DNA of 64,000 bases from Octopus sinensis (taxonomy: Eukaryota): the NCBI RefSeq assembly GCF_006345805.1, contig NC_043007.1, positions 32,860,001 through 32,924,000 on the forward strand, read 5' to 3'. Below the pieces are notes generated by a model. That model saw nothing but the letters and a program-made list of their open reading frames with translations, did no database searches and was not told the origin of the DNA. Position 1 is the first letter of the stretch. Every line of letters begins with the position of its first letter. Both the position numbers and the translations under genes were made by a program. Positions 1 through 13,092 of the stretch are shown one piece after another.

Positions 1-296
1 CCGAGATTGATTTGCTTGACTAAAAGCGGAGGACGGGGGTAGAGAAAAAGGAGGCTTTGGGAAGAAGGCAGTGGATTGGGAACGCTATGAATTTATATTA
101 TTATTCGGCCTTAGGAAGGGTTTCTAGCTGTAGAAACCTTGCCAAATCAGATTTGAGCCTGGTGCAGCCATCTGGTTTGCCAGACCTCAGTCAAATCGTC
201 CAACCCATGCTAGCATGGAAAGCAGACGTTGATGATGATGATGATGATGAAATTATATATTATATTAAATATCAAATGATTCATAGTATATACTCT

Positions 297-693
297 TTAC
301 TCTTTTTACTTGTTTCAGTTATCTGACCGCGGCCATGCTGGAGCACCGCCTTTTTAATCGAGCAACTCGACCCCGGGACTTATTCTTTTTGTATGCCCAG
401 TACTTATTCTATCGGTCTCTTTTGCCGAACCGCTAAGTAATGGGGACATAAACACACCAGCATTGATTGTCAAGCAATGCTAGGGGGACAAACACAGACA
501 CACAAACACACCCATATATATATACATATATACGACGGGCTTCTTTCAGTTTCCGTCTACCAAATCCACTCACAAGGCTTTGGTCGGCCTGAAACTATAG
601 TAGAAGACACTTGCCTAAGGTGCCACGCAGTGGGACTGAACCTGGAACCATGTGGTTGGTAAGCAAGCTACTTACCACACAGTCACTCCTGTG
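297..693 (-). mobile_element. tRNA-derived SINE, family A (full copy)
   Basis: Recurrent ~400-bp repeat. On the minus strand it has an A-box-like gtgactgtgtggtaag and a B-box-like ggttcagtccc head, an internal (TA)n/(TG)n tract and a (gtaaaaga)n-type tail. About 15 copies or fragments occur in the window. Confidence 0.85.
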
Positions 694-1399
694 CCTATAT
701 AAATTAATAAAATATGAAATATTTATTTATTCATAAAAATAAAGGTGGGGTCGCTGAGGGTATTATATAGCCATGACGGGGGGCGGCGGCCCAAAGTTTG
801 AGAACGTCTCGTTTAGAGCCTGACCTGGCTCTATGCAGCGACTCTCGCTGTATGAAATTATTTCTTCAATGGGAAGCAACTCCTTTGAATATACTTACCA
901 AGGTAGACAACTTCCGAATTTATGCGCCTGCATGGCTGTGTGGTTAAGTTTGCTTTTCAACCGTATATAGTCTAAATATAGTAATAAATAGCTAACTTAA
1001 AAAAAGAAAAAAACCGCCAGGGTTGATTTGTTCGACTAAAACCCGTCAAGGTTTTGCTCCAGCATGGGCGCAGTCCAGTGACTAAAACAAGCGAAAATGG
1101 TAAGAGCCTTGAAAAGGTAGAAGCACAACCCTTCCCTCCCACACAATACATAACTTTAATTACTTAAGTATATTGTGAATCATATAAGAGGGTCTTTCTA
1201 CAATTGCTCACCCTTTTTAGAAATAAGTCAAATTTTCCTCATTTCACACCCTTTCAATCATAAAAAGAGGACTTGGGGGAGGGGTGGGGGTCGGGGCTAA
1301 ACGACAAACCAAAATAGACAACGGGAAGTACTGCCATTATTTTGTTGCTAAAATTTTTGGTGCCCTCAAATGCACAACAGCATCAAGAACAGGTCAGGA

Positions 1400-1720
1400 T
1401 GAGGGACGTGTGCTTTCATGGTGCTTTGTTGCGTTTGCCATTTGTTGGTGTATTCCAGGTTGTGTGTTCTGAGCACGGTCCCAATCAGTTCCTACCTCTG
1501 CAAGGTACCTCTTCATCTGCCATTACCTTGTAGCATGTGGTCAACGAACACGAGCCATCAATCCAGCCAGATGCTCAGCAAAGCAAACATAGTAAGTAAG
1601 CAGGGGTCTAACTTGGAAAGACCTAACAATATGGCCGAACATTTCTCTTTGGCCATGAAGAAGAACGACAACAACAGAAATATCCAAAATATCATTTTGA
1701 CTACCAACAGCATCATTTCA
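1400..1720 (-). mobile_element. decayed RTE-type LINE, 3' coding fragment
   Basis: Minus-strand translation with stops reads ...REMFGHIVR...MARVR*PHATR*WQMKRYLAEVGTDWDRAQ, resembling the FGHI.R...RGRP..TW C-terminus of RTE ORF2. Confidence 0.5.
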
Positions 1721-1979
1721 AATCCATTCCTTGCTTCATATCTGAATTCTTTAAAAGAGACCAACTAGTTCCTTATCTATCAGTTTGGTAAACCTATGTA
1801 GAGTAGTGCCTTAACACAAAACTACTTGTAATTTCCTGAATGAAGTACCAAAAGGATTCTTTCTTTCACATGTTCTTCGTTATGCATATTTTGCCCCACC
1901 ATATTTTATATATATCATCGTTTAACGTCCACCTTCCATACTGCCATCGGTTGTACACACACATACACACACACAAACA

Positions 1980-2145
1980 CACGAGGGAATCCTGAAAAGT
2001 TCCTGGCTGTTAGGGTGTCGCGAAAGGCCTGGTTGGCGGCCCAACCTTCCGAGTTCTTTTACAGGGCTTAGGAAAAACTGAAGGAATACTGCAATAAGTG
2101 CGTATTCCTTACGCCAAACCGGGAACTTTTCAGCACCCCCTCGTG
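1980..2145. mobile_element. mariner-derived MITE
   Basis: Terminal inverted repeats cacgagggaatcctgaaaagttcc and ggaacttttcagcaccccctcgtg, 166 bp total, set between (CA)n and (TG)n. The interior resembles a mariner transposase C-terminal remnant. Confidence 0.75.
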
Positions 2146-2249
2146 TGTGTGTGGGTGGGTGGGTGTACACACACACACACACACGCATGCACGTGTGTGT
2201 GTGTGTGTATGTATGCACATGATTCACTCGTCGGTTATTACAATGTGTA

Positions 2250-2424
2250 TTGTTGTTGTTGTTAAACAACAAGACGGGTAAGAGTGATTAGGTGATGGTC
2301 TAGGGCTCAGGGGCGGAAGACTCCAGACCTTGGAAAAAAACCCCTTTGGTTGTCTCGTTGTAGTCAAGGGCTCTTCGTTGACGCCCAACACAACTGGGGA
2401 GTGTCCCTTCGAAGTCGCTGGAAA
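2250..2424 (-). mobile_element. 3' end of a LINE-like repeat with (AAC)n tail
   Basis: Near-identical second copy at 41253-41440. Both abut a (TTG)n tract at the same end. Confidence 0.55.
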
Positions 2425-2659
2425 AGGGAGGTAACTTTGTTAACCATTATTTTCCAAGGAAGGCAACTCTTCAATTTCCGTCTCGTGTTATATGGTGTGT
2501 GTGACATTGTATGTGGATTGTTAATTTGGTTATCCCTAATCTGTCTAGCTGCGAAACCCAAAGAACAACATGTTAAATTTTCCTTTCCGATATATTTTGA
2601 AGAAACATGTTGAAGAACCACAAAGATAACAGCAATAATAAATAGTTTTTTCTACCGAA

Positions 2660-2830
2660 AGTACAATGCCTTGAAATTAGGGGCTAGTCAATTACATCGA
2701 CTCCAGTGTTTCACTGGTACTTAATTTATCGACCCTGAAAGGCTGAAAGGTAAAATCGAACTCGGCGGAATTTGAACCAGAACGTAGCGGCAGACGAAAT
2801 ACCGCTTAGCATTTCGCCGGCGTGCTAACG
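2660..2830 (-). mobile_element. SINE family B fragment
   Basis: Matches the units at 5440-6170 and 15805-16725 (ggcggaatttgaac, gtcgac, aagtaccag modules). Confidence 0.8.
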
Positions 2831-3335
2831 AAACAACAGCAATTATATTAGTCGTTTCTTCTAAAACTTTGTGGTGGTGGGGTTAGTACTATCCAACCTC
2901 TGACCAATCACACACAGCTAGCTGGCATTCAATGGCGTATCAAGTTCAGGCATTTTGATTGGGTTGTGGGTTTTGGATAGAAAATTCACAAAAAGTCACT
3001 TCTGTTGATTTTTTAATGGCTTTGCGGGGTGACTGGGGAAATGTAAAGATGTGCAACGACCACCCTTGGACGGTTTTGAATGACCATAGAAAGTGCGAGC
3101 CCTCAACTGAAAAATTGTGGATTTGTATAAAGGACATGCACACACACACACACATTTTGCCGTTTATATATATAGAGATAATTGCCAGAAAAGTTTCCAT
3201 AACTGACCATCACTCTTTTGTATAAAAAGAGCAAAAATGTTAATATGATGGTATAAAATTCGTTATTTTTCATCCAAATTCTTTTTTGCTTTTATATTTA
3301 GTCGCTATTTTTCCTCTTCTTTTTTTCTTTTTCAG

Positions 3336-3429
3336 ATTTCAGAAAAGCACAAAAACCTACATCCCTCACAATCAAAGTTGGTTAAAAGAGCGTATCTATC
3401 ATATGTTGAGAAAACAAGCAGGAAAATAA
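3336..3429 (+). CDS. ERH: terminal coding exon of enhancer of rudimentary homolog
   Basis: Strong pyrimidine tract plus CAG acceptor ending at 3335. Phase-2 reading gives (V)FQKSTKTYIPHNQSWLKERIYHMLRKQAGK*, which aligns without gaps through the Ala with human ERH [29 protein letters not shown] and also ends in GK*. The intron falls in the Val codon, as I recall for human ERH. Upstream exons were not found in the window. Confidence 0.85.
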
Positions 3430-4234
3430 GAAAAAGTGGACGTATATAGACGGCTGGATAGAGATCAGAGAAAAAAAGGAATTGTTTGTTCTCGTGCACA
3501 TGCCGCTTGCTTTGGCAGGACACCGATATTTATGCAGTGGTGACTTCAGTATTATTATTATTGCAGCACAGAATTCTGCACTGAGCTTTCTTCTTTCATT
3601 CCAATATTGTGATATACAGACAAAACATTTTATCATGAAATTTATAAACCGTTTCTGAAGTTTAAAAAAAAAACCCAAAAAAGAAAACCAAATGCTTGCA
3701 GCAGAAGTCAGTATTATATTTTAAAAATAATTCAGTTTCTGACTTGAAATTATTGAATCTCTGTCAAAATCTTGCCGAGGTTGACTTAGCCTTTTCTTGT
3801 CAGAGGATTGATTGGATAATTAGCAATTGTACTGGACTCAGTTTGACTCTACTTATTGCATATACGCCACTGTGGTAGGTTGGGGTCACGTGCCACTGCA
3901 TGAGATTACTATATTACTAGTATTATTATTATAATTATTATTATCTGTCTTTGGTATAGAAACCATATATCATTAGCACTCCAGAAATTTCGGGTAAAAA
4001 AACCCCATCACCAATAGAAATAAACATTATTGATAGTGACCACAGCACCAATACAGCCACAGTTGCCACAAATAAATGTGTGACCGATAAGATTGCTTGA
4101 ACCGTCGCTCTCCGACTGACCGCTACCAACATAACAACAACAACAATTATCATCAGCAAGAGTTTAAACAGCTTTACCAAGCAGCATCCATTGCTTTGTG
4201 TAAAAGAAAAGGAATCTGCTTTCGTATTCGCGCC

Positions 4235-4504
4235 ATGGAAAAACAGGTGGTGAAGGTAAAGGTGATGCATGTGCCACCAGAAATTGAAATCTTGTGGTTA
4301 GTGGCGGCAGTGTTGCCCGAAGGAGGGGAGATTCTGGAATTGAATCGATACCCTCGAACAATCTGGGGGTTTGGTATGGAACTCCATATGAGGATCACGC
4401 AGGAAGAACTAGAAAACCTTCCCGAGCGGATAATTCTGTCAACTGGACCCGAATTAGATGTTGAAGTGGAAGTAATATTTCCGAAGGTTCAGAATGGCGG
4501 GTAA
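4235..4504 (+). mobile_element. possible non-LTR retrotransposon ORF1 fragment
   Basis: Open frame MEKQVVKVKVMHVPPEIEILWLVAAVL...LENLPERIILSTGPELDVEVE is protein-like and resembles LINE ORF1 segments upstream of a zinc knuckle (from memory, unverified). Confidence 0.3.
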
Positions 4505-4537
4505 TGTCAGTTTTAAAGGAGCGCATAGCCTGCAGCT

Positions 4538-4605
<68 letters not shown>

Positions 4606-5439
4606 CCCATGTTGGCTGTCGGCACCAACTACAACAATAAATTCAACAACAACTGTTAACTAAACCATAGCTGGAATACCTTTAAAAGGATTTAACCATC
4701 ATAGACCCAAGAAACCTTACTGGTATGTCCTCTCCCTTAAAACTGCTCCAGCATGAACATTACACACACACAAAAACACATGTATATTTTTACTTAACTC
4801 CAACATCTTACCAACCCCCCACGCCACCCCCTCCAAAGGTGTCGGAGGGGGTGGAGTGGTGGGGTTGTAGATCACAGTGTCCTCATGACCTGCAAAACTT
4901 GTCTTGTGGTGGGAGGGAGAGCGAGAGGGAGAGGAACCAAGGAACCTACCAACAGCTACCCACTATCACAATTACAATTACAAAACATTATTTACATTAT
5001 TTACATTTGACGGATATTTGTCCTCATCTTGTTTGTCAAATGTAAATAGTGTAAATAATGTAAATAATGTACATAATTCCTCATCTCTTAAATATAGAAC
5101 CTAAATTACAAAAGCCCAAACGAAAATCACAACAGGTTAGTGTGGCCTAGTGTTATGAGCCCTCACTGAACATTTGGCCGTTTGATGGACAGAAACGGCA
5201 ACTGAAAAAAGGGGCATTTGCCTTTGATAATTGGTAGGAATTCTTAGACCAGTAGAATTCCTTGGTTGGTCACAGTTGCCATGGAGACAACCATTGTTTG
5301 TATATTGCATGTTATTTCATCAGGTCCCTGCCTCTCATTCCATGTAAAACCCTGTTGTTTTCTCATCCGTTTTTGTAATGTACCCCCATTCATCATCCTT
5401 GTCTGAATAAAGGAATTGTTATTATTATTACAGTCTGAG

Positions 5440-6170
5440 TTCAAATGTCACTGGGGTCAGCTTTGCTTTTTGTCCCTTTTTGGGGGTTGATAAAGTACCA
5501 GTCAAGTAATGGGGTCGATATAACTGACTTATCCTTTCTTCTGAAATTGCTGGCCTTGTGCCAAAATTTGAAACTGGTCAAGGCGGCGAGCTGGTAGAAA
5601 CGTTAGCACACCGGGCGAAATGTGTAGCCATATTTCGTCTGTCGTTATGTTGTGAGTTCAAATTCCGCCGAGGTCGACTTTCCCTTTCATTCTTTCGGGG
5701 TCGATAAATTAAGTACCAGTTACGCACTGGGGTCGATGTAATCGACTTAATCCGTTTGTCTGTCCTTGTTTGTCCCCTCTGTGTTTAGCCCTTGTGGGTA
5801 GTAAAGAAATAGGTATTTCGTATGTCTTTATGTTCTGAGTTCAAATTCCGCCAAGGCCAACTTTACCTTTCATCCTTTCGGGGTCGATAAATTAAGTACC
5901 AGTTATGCACTGGGGTCGTTGAAATTGACTTAATCCGTTTGTCTTTGTTTGTTTGTTTGTCCCCGCTATGTTTAGCCCCTTGTGGGTAATAAAGAAACAG
6001 GTATTTCATCTGTATGTTCTGAGTTCAAATTCCGCAAAGGTCTACTTTACCTTTCATCCTTTCAGGGTCGATAAATTAAGTACCTGTTGCATTCTGGGGT
6101 CGATCTAATCGACTGCCCCCCTCCCCCAAAATTTCGGGCCTTGTGCCTAGAATAGAAAAGAAGAAAAAAT
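5440..6170 (+). mobile_element. SINE family B head followed by tandem ~183-bp body units
   Basis: Head aaggcggcgagctggtagaaacgttagc at ~5580, then about three direct units each carrying gagttcaaattccg (B-box-like) and ggggtcgataaattaagtacc. Confidence 0.8.
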
Positions 6171-6551
6171 TTTAAGCTGTTGAAGAGGTAAGTGTTTCTA
6201 CTTTGCATCCTTTTGGAGTCATTGTAATAGATACCAGTTATGTACTAGGCTCAGTTCTATCGACTGCATCATGCCAGTTAGAGAAACAGCTATATGCAGT
6301 GTGAATAACAAGCAGTATGTAATGACATTTCCCTGTCTGAAACTAAACATGACTGTTGACTTCTTTTGCTATTCTCAAAAGATGTGGTCAATGGAAAAGT
6401 AAGCATGCAAAGTTTGTGAATATAAATATACTGAGGTCACACAAAACGCATTTAAAAGGGCTGTTGCATTAGGTTTCAGAAAGTCTGTATGCGTACATAT
6501 GAGTAAATAAACAGATTGGCTGCTTGTTTCTCTGGTATTGGTTAAATTGAT

Positions 6552-6600
6552 GCAGACACTGATGAGAATCCAATAAGACTAGAAACATCGATGTAGGCTG
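6552..6600 (+). ncRNA. decayed type I hammerhead ribozyme motif
   Basis: CTGATGA 6559-6565, GAAA 6582-6585, perfect palindrome ACATCGATGT, GUA site at 6593-6595. Stems I and II are mismatched. Confidence 0.4.
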
Positions 6601-8667
6601 TTCATAAGTTTTTTTCAGTCCGTGAAGAAACAACTAAGTTTGCCTTGTTTATATATTTGCTACATAAGGCAGTTTTATATACAACTGCCATTCAAAGCAG
6701 AGAAACACACAATATCATTTTTAATCTCTTCTCATTGCTGAGCCTGAGACCCATATTGGCGCTGGATATCTGGTCTTGGCTTGCCTTTGGATCATACCAA
6801 TAGGGTGAAGATGGTCTGTGAGGTGCCGTGCAAACCTTATTGAGCCTAAAACTTGAGGTTGCGCAATCGCCGGTTAGGTGACTTTCCCGATGCCCAAATC
6901 GAGTAGGAGGGCTCCGAGACGAGCATGGAAACCACAGATGCGAACCTGGGTGAAGCTGACTGCGGGTGCGATAACTCATGCAAGGGCGTTGTTGATATTT
7001 TGCATGGGCAATGGTCAGTGATGCGCTTCCTCGGTCAAGGGGTAGACATCCACCATGTATGTATGTCTCTTCTATTCTTTTAATTATTATAAATCTTCCA
7101 CCGAAGAGGGAACCGGTTTCCAACAAAGGTACAAGGCTCCTGAACATTTGGCCGTTTGATGGACAGAAACGGCAACTGGATGTAGTTAACATAGACAAAT
7201 TCACATTTGGAACTTGAGAAAAGTCTTGCATATTTTTACTGTTCCACTCATACATTGCATTTGTAATGTACGAATTAGCCGGTCAGTTTCTCTTTCTGAA
7301 AAATCTCAGTTTATCCTGCTTTTCCTTTAAGCATTTACTAACATAACCTACAGCTCCAATTGTTATTGGTATGAAAATGAATTCATAGTCTGGATAGAGA
7401 AGCTGGAAGTTTCAAAACGTTTATCCATAGATATTCTCTTTTTCTTTGATTTTCATAGATATATTTATATCTGCGGGGCAGCTGATCTCTATGATGGGTG
7501 GGGGTAAACGAGTGGTTTACCCTTGTTTCATACGGCAAATAAGAAAATGGAGAGGATATAAAATCGACAGACATCAGCCAGTAAACATTCCCAGTATGTC
7601 TATTTATTCAGATGTATTGGATGAATATAGACAAATATGTGAGTGAAGGGTGTAAAAACATATAAGCATAGAGAAACAAAAATTGCTAATTTGTGATGGT
7701 ATTGGGGTGATAGTAACAGTATGAGCTGTACTTGTGATAAAGGCGGAGGCGATTGTGGTGGCGGTGGTAGCCGAGGTGGTCACGGATGACGGTGAGAGTA
7801 AGTGATGTGAAAGTGGTGGAGGGGAAGGCAGCGAAGTCAAAGGTATTGGTGGTAGTGGCGTCAGAAGTCTGAATGGTGTGTGTATGGCAGATGTGGTGGC
7901 GATGGTGGTGATACTGTTGTTTATCATGCAGCTTTGCAATAAGCTCCAAGTCGACAAATTATATATATATAAATTGTTTTGATGAAAATTGTTCATTGCT
8001 TGAAAAATATTGTTCAAGTTTAATCAAATTTAATACGTACTCAATGCACGAAGTGTCATTGTTGGGCTCAAGGTCTAATGAAGAGCCCTCAATGGGAGCT
8101 AGCTTAAAAGCCGCTCTCGTGAGTTCCTATTTTGAAGGTAAAAGTAAGCGATTCTTCATATCTTCCATAATTGGTATTTTGACTTTTGTTCTAAGTAAAG
8201 ATTGGTTTACAAAAATTATATAAAGTTTATAAACTTTCAGTATTAGACAAACTTTCAAATTTGTCTTCGTACTTTTGCTTTAAATATAGGCTTGACCCAG
8301 CAGACTCATGCATTGATTAAAATAGCAGTTATTATAAATATTAATTAGTATAATTTTGTTAGAATTTGCAAAGAATCGTAGGAAGCACACAACTTTACGT
8401 AGTGAAGTTCCAATTGGAGCTCATCATTTTACCAACCCATTTTTTCTGATTTTTCGGTATTTTCGACAATTTTTTTCAAATTTAAATTTTACAAACTCTA
8501 TCATTACGAATTTTCTAAAGAAAAAAAAACGGCATTTAATTATATATTTTGTCAAACTTTCAGAATAGCTGTGTTTGTTGCATAAATCGGAATGTTTCGG
8601 ATTGTTTTCGGTATTTTACCACATTTCATAAGTATCCCAAAATATTCAGGAGCAGACTTTCTTTAAA

Positions 8668-8960
8668 ATACTCACCAGATCTCTCGCCTACCGACTGCCA
8701 CTTTTTCAAGCATCTCGACAACTTCCTGCGTGAGAAATGCTTCAAAAACCAAGACGATGCCAAACACGCCTTCGACGACTTCATCGCCACCAGAACGCAG
8801 AATTTTTACTCTACTGGGATAAATAAACTTGTTTCACATTGGCAAAAGTGTGTTGATTCTGATGGTGTTTATTTCGATTGATAAAGTTTTGTTTGAGCCG
8901 AGATATGTGCATCTGAATTCAAAGGTTAAAAACCGCAAGAACTTTCTTGACAACCTAATA
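8668..8960 (+). mobile_element. mariner transposon 3' fragment (Hsmar1/cecropia-like)
   Basis: YSPDLSPTDCHFFKHLDNFL...WQKCVDSDGVYFD*, followed by a 3' TIR aaaaccgcaagaactttcttgacaacctaa and TA. Confidence 0.9.
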
Positions 8961-9067
8961 GGAGGTTGTAACGTTCATTCTTTTCTCCATGATGTCAACG
9001 GACTTAAGAAACTGAAGTGAATTCAGCTGGAGATTAAAACTGAAACATCATTCTCGGATTTTCTTTT

Positions 9068-9575
9068 ATTCTTTCATTTGTTTCAGTCATTTGACTGCGG
9101 CCAAGCTGGAGCACCGCCTTTTTAGTCGAACAGATCGACCCCAGGACTTATTCTTTGTAAGCCTAGTACAAAGTTTGGTAGTTTGGTAGTTTCCTTCTAC
9201 CAAATCCACTCACAAGGCTTTGGTCGGCCCGAGGCTATAGTAGAAGACACTTGCCCAAGGTGCCAGGCAGTGGGACTGAACCCAGAACCATGTGGTTCGT
9301 AAGCAAGCTACTTACCACACAGCCACACCTGCTTTTCTTTATAATTACCTTTTTTTTAAATTTTTGGCCAGAAAAATAATTGCACGTATATTTGTGTGTG
9401 TGTGTGTCTGTGTTTGTATCCACCGCTTGACAATTGGTGCTGTTTTGTTTACGCCCCTGTAACTTAGAGGTCCAGCAAAAGACCCAAATAGAAAAAAATT
9501 GGACATAAAAAGGGGAAAAAATGTAAGCACGGTGCACCAGCATGGCCACAGTAGTCTAATGACTGAAACAAGTAT
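9068..9575. mobile_element. two SINE family A pieces in opposite orientation
   Basis: 9068-9333 is a minus-strand copy with an internal deletion; 9395-9575 is a diverged plus-strand 3' half. Confidence 0.75.
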
Positions 9576-9809
9576 GAGACAGCTTTTAAAGATATAGCTT
9601 TTAAAAATAATTAAACTTGGAGTTAAAAATGTATAAAATATTTATGAGTGAAGGCCTCAAAAATATCATATTTTTTATCTACGGTTTTAATTGCCAATAA
9701 AATCACATTCAGACATCGTTTTATTTTAAGAGACGGATCAAAAACTACAATGATTGAGTTTCTTTCTTTAATCATCCGACTGTTATTAGTTACATAGTGT
9801 AGGGTATTC

Positions 9810-9908
9810 GTGGAGGCGCAATGGCCCAGTGGTTAAGGCAGCGAACTCGCGCTGATAGGATCGCGGTTTCATTTCCCAGATCGGGCGTTGTAAGTGTTTA
9901 TTGAGCGA
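9810..9908 (+). mobile_element. SINE family C tRNA-like head
   Basis: gtggaggcgcaatggcccagtggttaaggcagcgaactcgc with A- and B-box-like motifs; same head as 21712-22096 and 24600-24906. Confidence 0.75.
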
Positions 9909-10196
9909 ATTAATATATTTTATACATTTTATGTAGAGAAGAAGTGTTATAGGAAGGAAAGAGAAAGGAAGAAACACGCGTTGCTTTGCTTCGGTTTATA
10001 TTGGAAATAACGGTCGATTGACGGGCAGTGACCCAGAAGGACATGGCGTGTCGTACGTACAAGCGCACCAGGGGAGGTAATTTTCGTGCAAATATCACGT
10101 GTGCACTTGTGTATGTGCTTGTGAACGTGTATGCGACTGTATGGGTGGGTTTTGCAATGTGAGATTGCTTTGCGTGCTCGTATTAACATGTGTGAG

Positions 10197-11720
10197 TGTG
10201 TGTGCATGCATGCATGCATGCATGTATGTATGTATGTATGTATGCATGCATGTATGTATGTATGCATGTATGCATGCATGTATGTATGTATGTATGTATG
10301 TATGTATGTATGCATGTATGTATGTATGCATGTATGTATGCATGTATGCATGTATGTATGTATGTATGTATGCATGTATGTATGTATGTATGCATGTATG
10401 TATGCATGCATGTATGTATGTATGTATGCATGTATGTATGCATGTATGCATGCATGTATGTATGCATGTATGTATGTATGTATGTATGTATGTATGCATG
10501 TATGTATGCATGTATGTATGTATGTATGTATGCATGCATGCATGCATGCATGCATGCATGCATGTATGTATGTATGCATGTATGTATGTATGTATGTATG
10601 CATGTATGCATGTATGTATGTATGTATGTATGTATGTATGTATGCATGTATGTATGTATGCATGTATGTATGCATGTATGTATGCAGGTATGCATGTTTC
10701 TATGTATGTATGTATGCATGTATGTATGTATGTATGCATGTATGTATGTATGTATGTATGTATGTATGCATTTATGTGTGTATGTACGTATGTTTGTATG
10801 CATGCATGTACGGATGGCATGTATGTGTGTATGTATGTATGTATGTATGTATGTATGTATGTATGCGTGTATGCGTGTATGTATGTATGTATATATGTGT
10901 GTATGTATGTATGTATGTATGTATGTATGCATGTATGCATGTATGCATGTATGTATGTATGTATGTATGCATGTATGCATGTATGTATGTATGTATGTAT
11001 GTATGCATGTATGCATGCATGTATGTATGCATGTATGTATGCATGTATGCATGTATGTATGTATGTATGTATGTATGCATGTATGTATGTATGTATGTAT
11101 GCATGTATGTATGCATGTATGTATGTATGTATGTATGTATGTATGCATGTATGTATGTATGTATGCATGTATGTATGTATGTATGTATGCATTTATGTGT
11201 GTATGTACGTATGTTTGTATGCATGCATGTACGGATGGCATGTATGTGTGTATGTATGTATGTATGTATGCATGTATGTATGTATGTATGTATGTATGTA
11301 TGTATGGTGTATGCGTGTATGTGTGTATGTATGTATGTATGTATGTATGTATGTATGTATGTATGTATGTATGTATGTATGTATGTATGTATGTATGCAT
11401 GTATGTATGTATGTATGCATGTATGTATGCATGTATGTATGCATGTATGTATGTATGTATGTATGCGTGTATGTGTGTATGTATGTATGTATGTATGTAT
11501 GTATGTATATATGTGTGTATGTATGTATGTATGTATGTATATATGTGTGTATGTATGTATGTATGTATGTATGCATGTATGTATGCATGTATGTATGTAT
11601 GTATGCATGTATGTATGCATGTATGTATGCATGTATGTATGCAGGTATGCATGTTTCTATGTATGTATGTATGCATGTATGTATGTATGCATTATGTATG
11701 TAAGTATGCATGCATGCTCG
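10197..11720. repeat. 1.5-kb (TATG/CATG)n tetranucleotide array
   Basis: Seen directly. It accounts for all the long HTYI/CMYV ORFs in the track. Confidence 0.98.
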
Positions 11721-12019
11721 TTTGTGTGTGTGAAGTTTTAACTTTGTGTGTGCTGGAGCTAGAATGTATGTTGCGGAAATGCGTGTATGTTTGCGTGTGT
11801 GTGTGTGTGGGTGTATGTGTATATATGTGTGTGCGCGTGTTAGGTACGCTTCGATGGGTTGGTTGTAGTCGTATTACTGTTGATAGATGAATGTGTGTAT
11901 GTTTGAGTCCTTGCTGTGTGTGTGTATGTTTGTGTGTGTGCGTGTGTGCGTGTGTGTGTGTGTGAGTGAGCAGCTCAGTCATGTTAGAACAGAGGAGGAA
12001 TTAATGAAAGAAATCATAA

Positions 12020-12540
12020 TGTTCACGATGATGCTGATGATGGAGGCGGCGGCGGCGGCGTTGGAGATGTTGCTAATGATGATGATGATGATGATGATGA
12101 TAGTGATTGAATTTGATGATAATGAATGATGGTGATGATGATGATGATAACGATGACAACGAGGACAACAACGAAGATGATGATGATGACGATGATGAGG
12201 ATGACGACGATGATGATGACGACAACAACGACGATGACGACGACGACGATGATGGTGATGATAACGATGACAACGAGGAGGACAACAACGAAGATGATGA
12301 CGATGACGATGACGATGATGATTTTGATGATGACCACGGCAATGACGATTGTCACGGACGACGATGGCGGGTATGTTTGTACATTCATACAAAACTCTGC
12401 ATATACCGTGTTGCCTGGATAGCTGGCAGGAACAAACAAAACAACAACAAAACAACAACAACAGCAAAACAAAATAACAACAACAGCAACAAGAAGAACA
12501 ACAACAAAACAACAAAGCAAACGAACAAAAAAAAATCCAA
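12020..12540. repeat. (GAT/GAC)n and (CAA)n low-complexity tract
   Basis: Seen directly. A (CTA/CTG/CAC)n tract follows at 12984-13125. Confidence 0.95.
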
Positions 12541-12985
12541 TTAACCGCAAATCGCTTTTCTTCTTCTTCTTTCCATTTCACATGAACGGGAACAATCTTA
12601 AACAAGCGGAATTTACACAAGATTTAACTGTTGTTGTTGCTGTTGTTGTTGTCACTTGTGTTGCTTGTGTTGTTGTTGTTGTTGTCGTTGCGGCTGTTGT
12701 TGATGTTGTTTACTTAATATAAAATCGTCTGCCCCCTTTGTATGGATCATTTCCGTCGACCATTATTGTTTCTGACTTTCTGCTTGTCTGCCCCGTTCAC
12801 GGCTGAGCTTTTTCTTTTCTTTTCTTTTCTTTTTGTTTTTTTCCTTTGATCAAATGTTAAAGACACAAATAAATGAAATAAATAAAATAAAATAAAATAT
12901 AAATAAAAATAAAATAAGATAAATAAATGAAAAATAAAACGAAATCAAAACGTAAACTTTAAGAATTTTTTTTAATGTCTTTAGA

Positions 12986-13092
<107 letters not shown>

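Noticed and set aside
1-3335. Upstream ERH exons
   Set aside because: No segment resembling GVCKMYEEHLK...ITYDISQLFDFID was found; they probably lie before the window.
7930-8320. Coding-like decayed minus-strand frame (also 38985-39510, 60250-60560 and GC-rich 6740-7060)
   Set aside because: Multiple stops and no motif I can name. Probably old TE coding relics; needs a blastx or HMM search.
9810-9908. tRNA gene
   Set aside because: It has A/B boxes but no complete cloverleaf, and it continues into SINE body sequence in other copies.
9947-11890. ORFs of 240-560 aa (HTYI/CMYV repeats)
   Set aside because: Translation of the (TATG/CATG)n array, which lacks stops in most frames. The same applies to the poly-Asp, poly-Thr and poly-Ile/Tyr ORFs elsewhere.
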